Part shown: piece after piece, positions 37,401-50,942 of the stretch | How positions within the stretch are numbered: position 1 is the stretch's first letter | Layout: every line of letters starts with the position of its first letter | Origin: Lepidodermella squamata | Taxonomy: Eukaryota > Animalia > Gastrotricha | Assembly (NCBI GenBank): GCA_047495785.1 | Contig: JBLDXI010000009.1 | Location: 310,001-374,000, forward strand | Reading direction: 5' to 3' | Length of the DNA: 64,000 nt | Position numbers and translations under genes: made by a program | The notes under the pieces: model-generated | What the model saw: only the letters and a program-made list of their open reading frames with translations | What the model was told of the DNA's origin: nothing | The model's database searches: none

Positions 37401-40400
37401 ATTGTTTCAATCAACTTCAAAATTGTCCTATTCACAATTATTCCTACTGCTTTAACGGCAGCTGAAAGGGTCTCACTTCTTCTTGATTTATTCCGATGAT
37501 TTAATTATGAACACCGGAACTTTTTCCAAGTTGCCAAAGTACGAACATGGTAATATATTCCTGATTAGAATATGAAGCGCGTGGTTGATTATTTTAACGC
37601 CATTGCAGCGTCGCAGATTTGCGTCCTATCGCGAGTCATTTTTGTTTACTCGAGAAAACCACTGCTTCTGTTAATAAATAATCTTCTCATAATAATAAAA
37701 CGATCAAGAAGCGACGGCGAAAGGGTGATGATGATGATGATGACAATTCAAAGAAATGCAATGTATATTTCGCTTGAGATGAGTTTCGCATTATTAGGAC
37801 ATAAGAAATAGCGATAAATAATAAATAGCAATAAATAAAACGAAGAAAGCATACACAAGTAAGTATGCGACGTTTCGCGTTTTATTTTGCGCTCAGCTCA
37901 CTTGTACAATCAGGAGGAGGCCAATCGCAGCGACTACGAGTAATGCTACTACTGCTACTACTACTACTACTGCCGCGGTCATCATCATAATCATCGCGAA
38001 GTTCCACGCACGGCATGACTCCAATAATTTTATTAGCATCGAAAATGATCGGCATTTATTTGCGGCTCGGCGCGTCTAAGACCGCCGCTGTTGTTGATGC
38101 GGCGCGCTTAACACTGTCTAACAAAGTCGCGCGTCAACGACGTGCCTAAAATAAACATCAACCATCATCAACTTCGAACAAGTCTCGCATGACACAGCTG
38201 ATGCCACAAAACGCGGAAGAGCAACTTGCAAGACATTTATGCTATATCATAAAAATTTAACGAGCATTTGCTATTCAGCGCAAAATCTTACTCTACGAAT
38301 TTTTTGTATAGATTTTTTTAAAGAATTGATTTTTGCGTCGTCGCTCCTTTTTCCGACTACTTCGCTCGCCCATGCTGTTGCTCCTCTAGGGGTGTAATTT
38401 GGCATGGCTATTTGCAAATATACAAATTGTTTAATGCGACTGCGCTGACCGCTCTGCCATTTTGCACCAGTCGCGCAAGCTTTTTCATGCTATTTTTAAT
38501 ATTATAATATTTGTCGCGCATTCGAACTATTAGCTGGTTTTTTTTATAGCAACCGCAACTTACTCACGTTTGACACACTGTCGCCGTTAGAATATGCTGT
38601 GTCGTCGAAGGCGCCGTGCTAAAAACGCGCCGCACTCTCAATTTGCAATTGAACCGGATAGCCGGTGCATTCCTAGCTTTTTTCGATTTCTCAATCTCAA
38701 AATGAACTTTGTTTTCTTCAAGAGTTTCCCATCAACGCATAATTTTTTCAGAATTTATTGATCCCTTATATAGGTACTATTCGAAGACTTTATTTCTGAA
38801 CCAATATTTTAATTCTTAATTGAATAGAAAAGAAACTTTATGCCGTCTCATTTGTGTCGGAACTTGCCAGCGGGAGACCAATGCTGGAATCCCCAATATT
38901 ATTCTTGCTTTGTGATGTGATGTTTTCCAAAGCTACTTTCGCGCCCAGATTGACACTTGGTATATTTCACGCATGCGTTGCTATCGCATGGCGTGAAGCG
39001 CACCGGCCAGCCCTGGTTGCGGGTCGTCATTGCTCACGGTGTCGCCCGTCGCTTGTTGGCGAAGCATCCGGCGCGTTATATTGGACTGCCAACATCAGCG
39101 CCAAAGCTACTGTTCGTTTCGCCAATCTTGCACCGAACGCAAACAGCCGTGTCCAAGCTGTGAAGCACGATAAAGGCGGCAATTGGCTCTCTCTATCTCT
39201 CTCTGCTCTTTCTCGCCCACTCTCGTTGTTGTGCTGTCGCGCGCCGCGGCGCCGTCTCAACTCTATGTTATCTGTCGGCAATAACCGCCTCTCCCGTGTT
39301 AACTTCCTGCGTCAAGGTCAGCGGCGAGGTCGTACGACGCGCTCAGATAGCAGCCTATACCTGCCTTTTTGCGCGCCATATTCCTGTTTACTCGCCGCCG
39401 CCGTCGCCACCACCGCCGCTGTCTGCGCCGCAATCACTTGCGCCCACTACGCACTCGCCATGCTCAATCTCATCCAAGCCAGTCGTTATCATCTACTAAT
39501 CAACACAGTGATGCGCTTAGTCTTATTGGCGTGTGTTGGTTCAGGACTGGAGGATGCCCTTTTTTTACAACTGGTGCCGCAGAAACGTGGCGTGCCATCA
39601 CACCTATTGCAACTCTCTAATTATCTAGTTGCGCCACGTGCAACCGGTTATTTTACCGGCATTAATTGCCGCCGAGTGACGCGTGTCAACTTCCCTGAAG
39701 CCGTCTTCAACTTTGCACCCAACTGAACGCTGTTTAGTATGCTAAGACAAACATCTTAGCTCAACGCCTCATTTGAATAAATACCTGGCTAATTTCGAGA
39801 AATTTCACCTGTAGAGTGCGCCTTTTATAGCTTTGTTGCTCATAAGCTGGCGTGGCATGGCCGTGCATGCCAATCCGCGGAGACCGCTACTTTTGCCGCA
39901 AAAGCTGCCGCTAGTGACCCCGAGCATAATATGCGTATAATTTCTGCTTAATTGTTATCAAATGACATCATTATTTCTCGCTAAACTTTCGTACAACAGC
40001 TCAAGGTGTGAGCGCTTGTGAGCTGTAAAAATAGTACCCGAGTATCATCAACATCAGAGAAAGAGAGAGAAAGCGGCTTATGAGCTATTGGTTGATATTC
40101 GCAAGGCCGTCTAGCGCAGCTGCAGCAGCAGCGTTTACAGGTATCACAGCTTGAAATTGCCGCGTACGGTGGCTCGAGCCAAAACAGCGCGTCGTGCCAA
40201 AAGCGCGCCAGAAATGAACGTTTTTCGCATCTTTTTTCGCTCGAAGATTCAACAACAGAATTGTACAAGTGTCACGCGCGCTGTTTGCAGCCACGCATCG
40301 CCTCGGTCTAAATAAACAGCGTAACTGTTGACGCAGGCTATTTAATAATATTTTTACACCAGTATCCATTTCTGCTGTATTTTAGCTTAATATCAACAAA

Positions 40401-42215
40401 ATAATAATTTCTGCAAATTGTAGCCAGCATAAATGCGCTAATATGCTCGCACTTTCTTCATCGACTACGTACGTGTCTGCTGATATGGAGATTGTCGGCG
40501 TGTGTGCGGGTTTGCAGGTATAACCATCTCAGAATTCGTAGTTCATTTTTGTCGTCTCTCAGAAACCATCATCATCATCGGCAGCCAAGTTGCCAACTCG
40601 AGTTCTGATGATGAGGAATGTCTTGACGTTGGCCACTTCACGCGCTAGCCATTGTTGCTGCGCTTCTATCTCGGTTCATCGGTCTCGAGCGCTCGTTTAT
40701 AATGAGCCGATATTTTCGAAACTTTTTCATTTTCTCGCACATTTTACATTATTCTTTTGTGCTGACCGCCTGCCTTTTGCTTCAATAGGTGTGTTCTCGC
40801 CGGTGGGGCGCATCTTTTATTTGACAGAGCGCAAAAACAGGCGCGCATTTAATAAATGTTATTATTATTTTTGAGGCGTGGCCCATTAATTTTAGGGCTA
40901 TAGTTTTAATTTTATAAAAGAAGCCTCGTTTATTCAGGGAAAATATGGTGAGAGAAATGCCGCGTTTGAAATATGAAATTTCTTTTCATCGCCATCTCCA
41001 CAATCATCGTCGTCATCACCATCATCATCATTAAAAATGTTCGCCCGTCTTTTTCAATTTTAAATAAATTGCGCCGTGCTTTGTCACCAGTATATAGCCG
41101 CAGGTAGTAAGGTCTGCATACTTATACACATGTAAAAAGACAAAGCGAGAGCGTGCGAAAAAGAGGTCGCGCCATTTTGCGCAGCGCCCCTCATTAAAGC
41201 GCGCTAATACCTGTGCTTTTAAAGTTACGCGCTACACAGTTGTTGTTCTTGGCTCCTTTTTTCACGAAGTTATGCTATCTTTATCCACTAATCGCCGTTT
41301 TGCACAGTGTATTGCGACTTCGACAGCGGCTTTGAACGCGGAACGTCAACATGATTACATTATATACCTCGAAAAATATTATTCTCCATTTTATTGAAAA
41401 TACCGTAGTGATATCGCTCGCGAGTTTCTAAAAAAGAAAATATCACGCTATCGAAAGTTTAAGGCGCTGTAAAAAGCAACAGGTTAATTTATCGCGAGTA
41501 GTTGCCTTGCGGTGGCTTCAAGTATCTAGGTAGTAGTCGGCGTGTTGAATTTCATCGCAAGTCAACAATATCAACAAAAATGTAAACAGAATTACGCACG
41601 TCGGTGTTATTAAAACACAGCGATGGTCCTTGATATATAGGCATCTTTTAGCGTGTTGTTATTTGCAAGTGTCAAACCCGTGTTCACGGAAGAAGACGCT
41701 CTTGTATGCGCGCGCGCTTGCAAAAATTTTGCGCAAAAATTCGCCATAGTCGACGAGCCTACGTTCTTTCGAGAGGCATAAACATCATCGGTGTTGGCGC
41801 CTCAAGTGCCCAAGCGATTTAGAGACACACGATGAGTGAGTGCTACAGAAGCAGGTAAAGGGGAACAGCAATCTTGGCTACGTTTGAATGACGATTTTGG
41901 CGTCGAGAAATTAGCATGCTGTCCTCAACATTTCCGTCCTGCCTGTTTGTTGGAACACGAACGCGCATCGAGAGGCGCGCTTCAGCTTGTTTTCTTATTA
42001 TATTACAAGTTATTACTATGTCACAATTGCTATTTATCGCCATCGCCGCACTTTGCCCTGTATATTACGTGTGTGTATTTTATTTATGTTGTCACTTGGC
42101 ATATCTTCTGGGACGCCGTTGATATTTTTCGATTATTTCTGTTCTAGTTTTAACGCTCGCCTATCGGAGGCGATTTTTGTTATTTAACACGAATGATCTG
42201 CTGACATCGATCAAT

Positions 42216-45200
42216 ATGGCGACAAGCATGGACCAAATAGCACTCGCCTTTGAGCACCACGATCATCATCATCATCACCACAGTTTGAACCTTGGCTCGT
42301 CATCGCTGGCTGAATCCTCGTCGTCGTCTTCCAGCTCGTCCAACCTCATCTTGAGCGTCCTTGCGTCGACGCAGCCCGCATCGCCCGGTCCGTTGCCCAG
42401 CGATGGCGTCATGGCCCTGGCGGCGAGTATGTTGGCGAGCAGTACCAGCAGCGCCTCGTCGTGCTTATCAACGTCGACGCCTCTGCCACCGCCGCCTCCG
42501 CCTCGCCACGGCCTCTCCATAAAATCGTTCGCATCGCGCGAGGAGTACCTACAGGCGATGCTTGAAGATATATCGTACTGGGTCAGCGAGTTGGTGTTTC
42601 TCAGCGTTAACCCCGATTCGCCGGCCGATGCGTGCTGTACTGCTGACAACTTTTTCAATGTGATAGAAACCGGAGAGGTGCTGTGCGAACTTGCGAACCG
42701 CATATGCGAGTATATAGTCCGCGAATCGGGCGACGCTGTGCCGGCCGCTTTCGCCGCTTTCCAGCCGCTCACATTTCGCCGACGAGTCAAGCCGGAGTCG
42801 TTTTTCGCCCGCGACAACATATCGACTTTCCTCAACTGGGCCTCCAACACATGGCATATAAAGTCCTGTCTGAGTAAGTGCTGCCAATTTTTTTCATAAA
42901 TTCTTTGATACACGCTCACACAAGTCCCATTTTTTGTTATCAAATGATCGGAGGGCTGCGCTATAATATTCCCTTCCTAAATCCTTTCCCACGCATACCA
43001 CCAGATTAATGTCTCTCCTGTAACCATGCTCTTTCTTTAAGACACTCGCCATAGATCTTCGGTTGCGCGAAGGCTATGTTGGTGTGCCAAGTTAATTTTC
43101 AGTACCAATCAAGGATAACCCGAATGCTGAACTGAATTGCCAATTCTTAGTTCCAATTAGGCCTATTCCATAACTTCTGGGAAGTGTCCATTATACCGAA
43201 GCCAGTAGATCTTACTCGAATTCATCAGTTTAAAAGTTAACTGCGGGGATAAACGTTCTCGAGGAATGTAACGATATAGGAAATCCTTCAATTACCAGAT
43301 TATAATTGATCTTTGATTTCGGTCAATATTCGATATTGTTTATAGGACTTGAACTCAAAAACCCTCTTCAGCTTTGGTCGGTCTAGGTCTAATAAGCTCA
43401 AAATAGCGGGAACCAAGGTTATTTCCGAAACGAGATTGGACATTTTAGTGACAAACATTAATATGAATTAAGCATGTATCGTCTGAGTGTTTGCCCTGTT
43501 TTAAATTGCTTTCAGAGAAGCCCAAAACCGTGTTACTCATGATGTTTAAGCCGGTGCAATTCAGCGCTTTAGCTCCGGCAACTCGCGCTTTATACCAGTG
43601 CTTGCTTTGAAAAAGCAATAAATCCAGGTTATATAGTATTGGTAGTTTCTCTCTCACTCAAACACTCAGCAAAATGATTTGTCGACACGCGGAAGCGCTT
43701 TCAAGTGCGGAAGCAATGTGCTAAAAGTTGCGCCATAAAAAACGCGATTTTACAGACGCGCGCACACATACTGCTGGCGTGCATCGACCGGCGTGTTTTT
43801 TATACCCTCTCTTAATCCCATTTTTGCGCGAGGCGAATAGTTAATCGCAATGAAAGCGCTTGATCGTACACCCTAAATCAACCCCCATGCGAATTCGATA
43901 CATTTTTTTCTTGTGTGTATGCGTGTTGTTATACAGCTTGTAGTTTTTTCGATGCTTAATGCCAGTGTTTTTAATCGACAGTGTTCGAAAGCGACGACTT
44001 GGTCCTTCGCAAAAGTGAGAAAAACGTCGTGCTGTGCCTTCTCGAGGTTTGTTTGAACGTTCTTTTTTATTTCATATGTTATTCTAAGCTTAAATATTAT
44101 ACGCTTAAATATGCAGTGTAAATGTTAGCCAGTATTTCGCATGTTTTAGTTTCCGCAACAACAAATTCGGCAAGAGTGGCACCTGTGCTGCTCGGAATTT
44201 TAATCAGCCCAACATTTTTCACGTTTTTCTAGTCACCGTAGTTGTTGTTGTTGTTTTTAGCGTTTTAGAGTTCCAATTTCAGTGGCTGTAATTAATGCTA
44301 TTGTAATTGCGATGCTGTAATGGCAATCGGCAGCTTTTCTCCGGATTTCTGCGGGTTATTTTTGCGACAGGGCTGGTCAAGTGATAACTCGTAGCACTTT
44401 AACCTCATCGCGAGTAATTAGCCGGCTGCTTGGTGATAATATACTCGGGTCGAGTCGTCTGTTGCCCGGTGCCGGCAACAACACACGCCTCATTCGCAGT
44501 CATTATCAGCATTGCCACCTGCCGCCATAAAAGCGCATTGTTGGCGCGCGGCCTCGAGGCGCCTTCCATTGTACCTTGCGTTGTTGTTTTGCCGCTTCGC
44601 TTGTCGTCTACTCCAACACTGCCGTCGCCGACTTGCTCATTAAAATAACGCGCGACGTCGCAGAACAAAACAGCCGTATCATTGCCGGCTCAGAATCACG
44701 ATGATGCTGATGCGGCAGCGATAAATATAGCCAATGACCACAATTAATTGCGATATTAGGCCGGCCTAATTTGCCACCTCATACGAGCACCTTGTTTTTC
44801 GCGCCGATCATCTTTTAATGTTTAATGACACTACAAGGCGGAGCGATACGCCTCATCGATGCATGTATTTTTGCCGCGTTTATCGTTTCAGCTGTTTACT
44901 TTCGTTTGTCGAGCCGTGGGAAGCGAGCTCGTGTATTATTTCTTGTTTTATTTCCTCATTTTTCGCTACTCGAATTATACTATTATATTGCCGTAATGCC
45001 GCATCGTTTTGTTGTCCATCACGACGATCCAATGAGTATCATTTGTCACATCAATAAAGTAATGCTTTACATTGATTTTTATTAGTTTTTTCCCTACCTG
45101 CTACAAAACTAGCGCGATTTATTTTTCGTTATTATTTACCGTTTGTCGCGCGTCGCCATGGCTTACTCGAAAAAATCGTGTCAGTGACATTTTGCAGTCG

Positions 45201-47252
45201 TGCTAGCAAGTCACACCGGCTGCGAATATTTGCTGAATATTAGCTGCTGTTGTATCCCTGATTTGCGTGCGTTCATTTCCCGCTTTACGACCGCAAAGTC
45301 AGTGAAAGAATGAACTCAGCAATTTAGTTTTTTATTGAAATTTATTGCTTTTGCTCTTCCTGAGCCGATGTCAGCAGTTCGCTAGAGTGATCGAATTCCC
45401 AAAACATGGTGTGTAGTTTTACTTTCTCCGAAATTAATTCGATCTCGATTTGTTAATATGCTGTCTCTCAATGTTTTCGTTGCTCAGGTCGCGAGGAAAG
45501 CCTACGCGAGTGGTCTGAAAGTGGCGCCGATGCTCGTGCACATGGAGGCTGAAATCGACAAGGAGCTGTCGAATAGCGGCCAACTGCATGCTACGACACC
45601 GCGCATCGACCCAATCGGTGCGGTCAGCACCGCCTTCCAACAGATCTCTTTCAATAACCTCATCAGCTTGGATGAACTCGTTCGCAACCAGTTGAGCCAA
45701 TGCGCGTGTCCCGTTCAATTTCCGATGATTAAGGTGGCCGATGGCAAGTACCGTATCGGCAATTCAAGCGTGCTCATTTTCGTTCGCGTTCTTCGGTCGC
45801 ACGTAATGGTTCGGGTAGGTGGGGGCTGGGACACCCTCGAGGCCTATCTCAACAGACATGATCCCTGCCGCTGCCAATCCGGGGGGCATGGCACGAGATA
45901 CGCGGAGTCCGGAAGTTATTACTTGTACCATCAGCAACAACAACAGCAACAACAACAACAAGCCTCGATTTCTGCGTACAGTGCTGCTCATTCCAGCGAT
46001 TTCCCTTCCTTAGCTACGTCGCTCGCCGATGACTCCCATTCCCAACCAAACACAACCAGCTCTTTCACTACAAACATCGCTACAACCAATACCACAATCA
46101 AGGCAGGCGCTGCAACGCTGATGCCGCCCACCCCTCCACTTTCATTCGGCGACAGTAATAGCAACAGCGGCGGCGAGGCGTCGCCCCTTGCTCCCTCGCC
46201 AAGCCTGCAAGCCGCTCGCAATCGCTCAACTTCGCGCCACCGGAACGAGACGCCTAGTAGTGGCGTTCCCGAACCGGGGCTTGCAGCCAATCGCAATCTT
46301 ACAGAAGCTGCTGCTATTATTAAAGCCAAGGCTTCCAACACTGGCGCTTCAAAACGCCTCAAATCTGCGCCACCCGCTGCGCCAACTTTGTCAATATCAG
46401 CGCCACAAGACAGTGTTCAACGGCGGAGGTATTTTACCTGTTATTGAAACGAATCATGACTTCATTAATTGTAAAATATTTTGCAGGAAAAAGCAGCCAG
46501 TAGCTGTTATCCAGTCGACGAACTTGCCAAGCAGTCGAATAAAAAGTGCGCCTACCTCGAGAAGCCTAGACCGCAAGTCGGCCGTGACTGCCAGTCAGGA
46601 GCGGCTAATTGTGACGCGGACGTCTAGCGGGAAGCACTCAGTTAGCATGAGCCAGCGCAGTGGCAGCCGAAGTAACCTCAACGAAGTCACATCGGTGAAA
46701 CGGCAAGCCATGTCGCCAATCATGAAAGTCGCTCCGGCTACGGCCCCTGTTCCTCTTCTGCAGCCGCCGCGGTCTCGGCTGATGCCGAAGCCTCGGAAAG
46801 ACCCGCTGGCCGGCGTCACAGGTTCACCGTCTAAAATACCCCTGCCGGTTGTGGCCGCAAGCCTGCTTGCTTCGGCAAACCTCGTCTCAGTGCCACCGTC
46901 ATCATCAATAGCCCAACTCAGCCCTTCTCCGCGCCCGAAGCCTGTCGAGACTGACCACAACGAATTCGCGTGTGTGCGCGCTACAATGGTCATGACTGTT
47001 CTCGAAGAGGAAGAGGACGCGAACGGGCTTCAAAGTCAAGCGCCCAGTGTCGTTGACGCCGCGCTTATACGCAGCCGGCGAGACACCGGCCTCGGCTCGT
47101 CGTCCATCTCTTGCGCGTCCTTCCTAGGCGACTCGTCTTCGGCGTCAAACTTGTTAATTTCGTCACCGCCCGACGACGACGTGCTGTTGAATGACTTTAT
47201 CGCTATGGAGAAACTTGTCGAAAATGAAATGATGGCTGCTTTGACTAACTAA
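42216..47252 (+). CDS. GAS2L: GAS2-like actin-microtubule crosslinker (CH + GAR domains), 4 exons
   Basis: CH domain 'EEYLQAMLEDI...ETGEVLCELAN...FFARDNISTFLNW|LFESDDLVLRKSEKNVVLCLLE|VAR' (exon 2 ~43982-44046). GAR domain 'CACPVQFPMIKVADGKYRIG...RVLRSHVMVRVGGGWDTLEAYLNRHDPC'. SxIP motif 'SKIP'. Confidence 0.93.
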
Positions 47253-47931
47253 GATTTTACTCTAACAATTAGAGGAACTCTTGTATTTTACATCTCTCAT
47301 AATAGCTATCACGCACAGTTTTTTTTGGTTTCATCTCAAAAAGATACCACACCGATCTTCTCGCACCAGTTACATATTATTACCTTGGCGCTTCTGATAC
47401 GGCTTCAATTTTTCCGATGAACAACTCAATTTTATTGTTGCCATGATTTTTTTCCAGCCATGTTTAGAAAGTAGTTAGTAAACCAGGCCAATCGTTGTAA
47501 AATTTAGAATTATGTCAATATAATTTCAGCAGTTTATAATAGAATAATGAAAATTATCAACATTGATATCACTCAACCTTCGAGCAATATAGTTACGCGC
47601 CAGTTATATAGAATTTAGCAAAAGACACAAGTTTTAAAACATCGAGAAAAAGATATCATTGTAGAAATATCCTGAAAATGTGCAATTCAATTATTTGTAA
47701 AATTCGTTTATAAAGCCGTGATTCTTGAAGGCGCAGATGAAATATATACTATTCATCAATTATTCGTGTTCACAGAGAAAATGTTATTATTTGTTTCAAA
47801 AACTCAGACGATGATTATATAATATCATGCTAATTGCATCAAATTGAAAAAGAAAATTCGGCATAAAGAATTATGAGTAAAATAAAAATTGAAAAAGTTG
47901 GCATAACGAGTGGTGTTTTTTTTACTGTGTT

Positions 47932-50019
47932 TTAGTAGAAAGCCCGGCCGCCGATAGCTTCTTCGTCGTAGTGTGGAATGTATATCGGACTGTTTGGAAT
48001 GTCTGGCGATGACAAGGCTCCGGACAGTACGCCGCGGGCGTTGTGATACTGATGGTACTGCCGGTTCGCAGGTGTTCGCGGATTGCCGACCATTGCGCTG
48101 CGACCGTGACGAGTCACATTGCCGCCATCTTCATTGATCTGCCGCATTGACTGCTTACGCGACAGCGGCAAAGTATTGAACCCTGAAAATATACAAGACA
48201 ATTTCAGCTATTAGATCAGCCATTTTTGAAAGAGGGGTTCCGAGCAGTTTTCAGAAAAGTCGCGGGAGGGTTCTGGGGTCATTGGATACTAGAGCAGCCC
48301 TATCTTCCAAATGTTCAGGGAATTTATACCTAAACACCTCATTTCGAAACTATTTTCAGCCAAAAGTATGATAAAAGATGCCTTCTATTCCAGATGTTAG
48401 ACTATTGCCAAGAAGGGATGGGTCACACGGATGGGTCAAGGTTCATTTTGGGGTTGAGGCAAATTTTCGTCAAGTTTAGACTTTTCCTACAGAGATGTCA
48501 AATTACCATAGTCGTCCTCGTAAGGCGTGGGCCTGTAGTTGTTTGTGGTGCTTGGGCTGTAGAGAATGTTCGAGTCATCTTCACTGTTCAGAGGAACCGA
48601 TGTGCCCAGAGCTCGCAAGCTGCAAAACTGTTTGCCACAGCGAGCGTGGCCGCAGGGGTTTCGCATGCTGATGCGCCGGATGATGTCATTTTGCGTGCTG
48701 TAGACGTTTCCGCGGTGGCTGCGGATCGCCTCAAGCCGCGCCGCATCGATGGCGCGTTTGCGGTCTCGCTTCGACGCCACCGTGTGAAGCAGCGTGACGA
48801 GAAACAGCCACGCGTCACAACTGCCCATAGCCACAAGGCCAAGCCAGCACATGCCCATGTGGGTAATAACGCCGTTCTGAGAGCGCCATTCGGCTGGCCA
48901 TTGCGAATTAGTGTGCCAGCGGAACGTTACCAAGGCTCCGGCTATACCGCACAAAGTCATCGCCTTGATCAGCATGAGGACAGCGCCTGAAATCGGTTCA
49001 GGGATGTAACCGGCTGGGTCGCCGCTCTTCAAACTGCGATGGCGATAGTCGTAGGTGCGAGGTCGTCGCCTGTTGCCGCGGCTGAACCTGATGAAGCGGT
49101 ACGCAGCGATCGCCAACCACATGAGTTCGGTGACGCCGATGCCGATGATGCAGATGTAACGGCAGATGAACAGCCACCACGTAGATTGATCGAGGTCGAG
49201 AAACAGTTTGAAAAACGAGCCGTAGTAGAAGCATTGCCCAAGCTGGCAAGTTTGCCATAGCCCTATGTCGGCGCTGACGTATCGCCTCAGCACTTTGATT
49301 GAACCATTAGCAGCTCCAGATTCGGCATCAGGTCGCGTCAATACGAAAGACGAATCGTTGGATCCGCCGCCGTGAGGTACAACCAACGGCGATTTGGGCG
49401 ACTCTGGCTCTGTTCGGCGCCGGGATTTTCCCGGCGAAGAAACGGCTGTCGCTGTTGTCGTAGTCGTCTTCTTCACCCTCTTTCGCGTAGTTGATAAAGA
49501 TTCAGTTTCGTTGGCCTCCGCCAAGTCATCATCGTCAACTAATAAGGTTGGCGTCGTTGCCTCGTCTGTTTCAGTCTCATTTTGAGTAAGACCGGCGAAG
49601 CTCACGAGGTCCTTGAACACAACGGAGTAAGGGTTGTGAGGCTGGAGCAAGAAGAAATCCTAATGCGAAATGCGGAGGGAAATTAAACCAGGGCAATGTG
49701 GAAAAAGCAACTAACTGGAAATGAGCCGTTGATAGTTTCTGGTGTAAGAACAAAAAAGTGGCTTCGCATCCAGTAAGGCGTCAGAACAATAGCGACACCA
49801 GCTCCGATGATGACTAGTTGGAGCAATAAATAAGAGAAGGTGGCTGATCTTTTCAGGAATTTGTTTCCAGCCCGCCGGGTCTCATATTCGCGATGGGAAC
49901 TTGAGGAAAATACATTATAAAATTTGAAACGGAAAAGAAATGGCTGACCTTGGAATTGGTTCCAGAAGGTCCATGTGCGGAGCTTTGCCTTTAACAGATA
50001 TGTCTGAGGATTCATCCAT
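47932..50019 (-). CDS. Claudin/PMP22-superfamily-like tetraspan membrane protein, 4 exons
   Basis: TM1 followed by 'TPYW', signature 'GLWQTCQLGQC', and three further hydrophobic segments. Splice phases are consistent with a start at 50019 (MDESSDIS...). Confidence 0.7.
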
Positions 50020-50942
50020 TTGAAGCTAAAATATGGAATCGCCTGCTATGCAAACCTGTGACAGGCAAAGTCAAAGCAGGACGTTTGGGCCGGCGATGCT
50101 GCGGTTTGCTTGTATGTAGATTGCTTTCAGGTCGGTTACTAGTATGGGGCTGGCTTCTTGTTGGACGTGTAAAAAAATTTAGCGTGCTCTGTTTTGTTTG
50201 AACGACTGCACTATTCGCACGCGATCACCAACGATTTGAGAAACAATCCACGCGACTAGGCGACACGCGCGAAAAACCATGTGCCGCCATTGAGGATTCT
50301 GAGTCACATCGCGAGAGCAAAACACCTCTTTGATTAAAGTATCTCTTTTGGATTTATTATAGCATATTTCTTTATCAATAACAACATGTTCCAATATCCG
50401 TGATATTACAATAATTATCATCATTTCAATACAAAACAACAAAGCGCAAATAATCAAAATTAAGGAATAATAGATATCTCTCACAAAATTCAGAAACCAA
50501 TAACGAGAAACTTTCAATCCTCTTATCAAGTTATAAATTGATATTTGTTGTGACATGGAAAGTCAAGCAATGTCAGTAAACAGTGTCGATGTAACATATG
50601 TAGTAGAAAACGCGCCGAAATTTCTCCAGGGATTAGCGCCGCTCAATCGCACACCGCGGAGTTGCGGTGCCTGTATTACGACTATCACACAGTCAATCGA
50701 TAAAGCGTGCTTGTGAGGAGGGTCATAGAAATTTGACCAGAAAACAAAATGTCGTCGGCATATGTACCCGGAAACCGCTGCTCAAGGCAAGACTCAAATA
50801 AAAATCGCTCACAACAAATCTTGGGTGAACACAAACGAGTGATTTGCAAAATATACTTCAGGGAGAGATAGGGAGTATTTGAATGAAAACTATAGCACGG
50901 TGACAATACAGCAGGTGAATTTTTGAAAATATTATGACAAAA

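Noticed and set aside
38854-39726. 290-aa ORF on + strand
   Set aside because: Non-ATG start, no recognisable motif, composition typical of GC-rich non-coding sequence; not called as a gene.
42275-48990. Long antisense ORFs overlapping GAS2L and the claudin-like gene (e.g. 42275-42943, 48394-48990)
   Set aside because: Shadow ORFs of GC-rich coding exons on the opposite strand.
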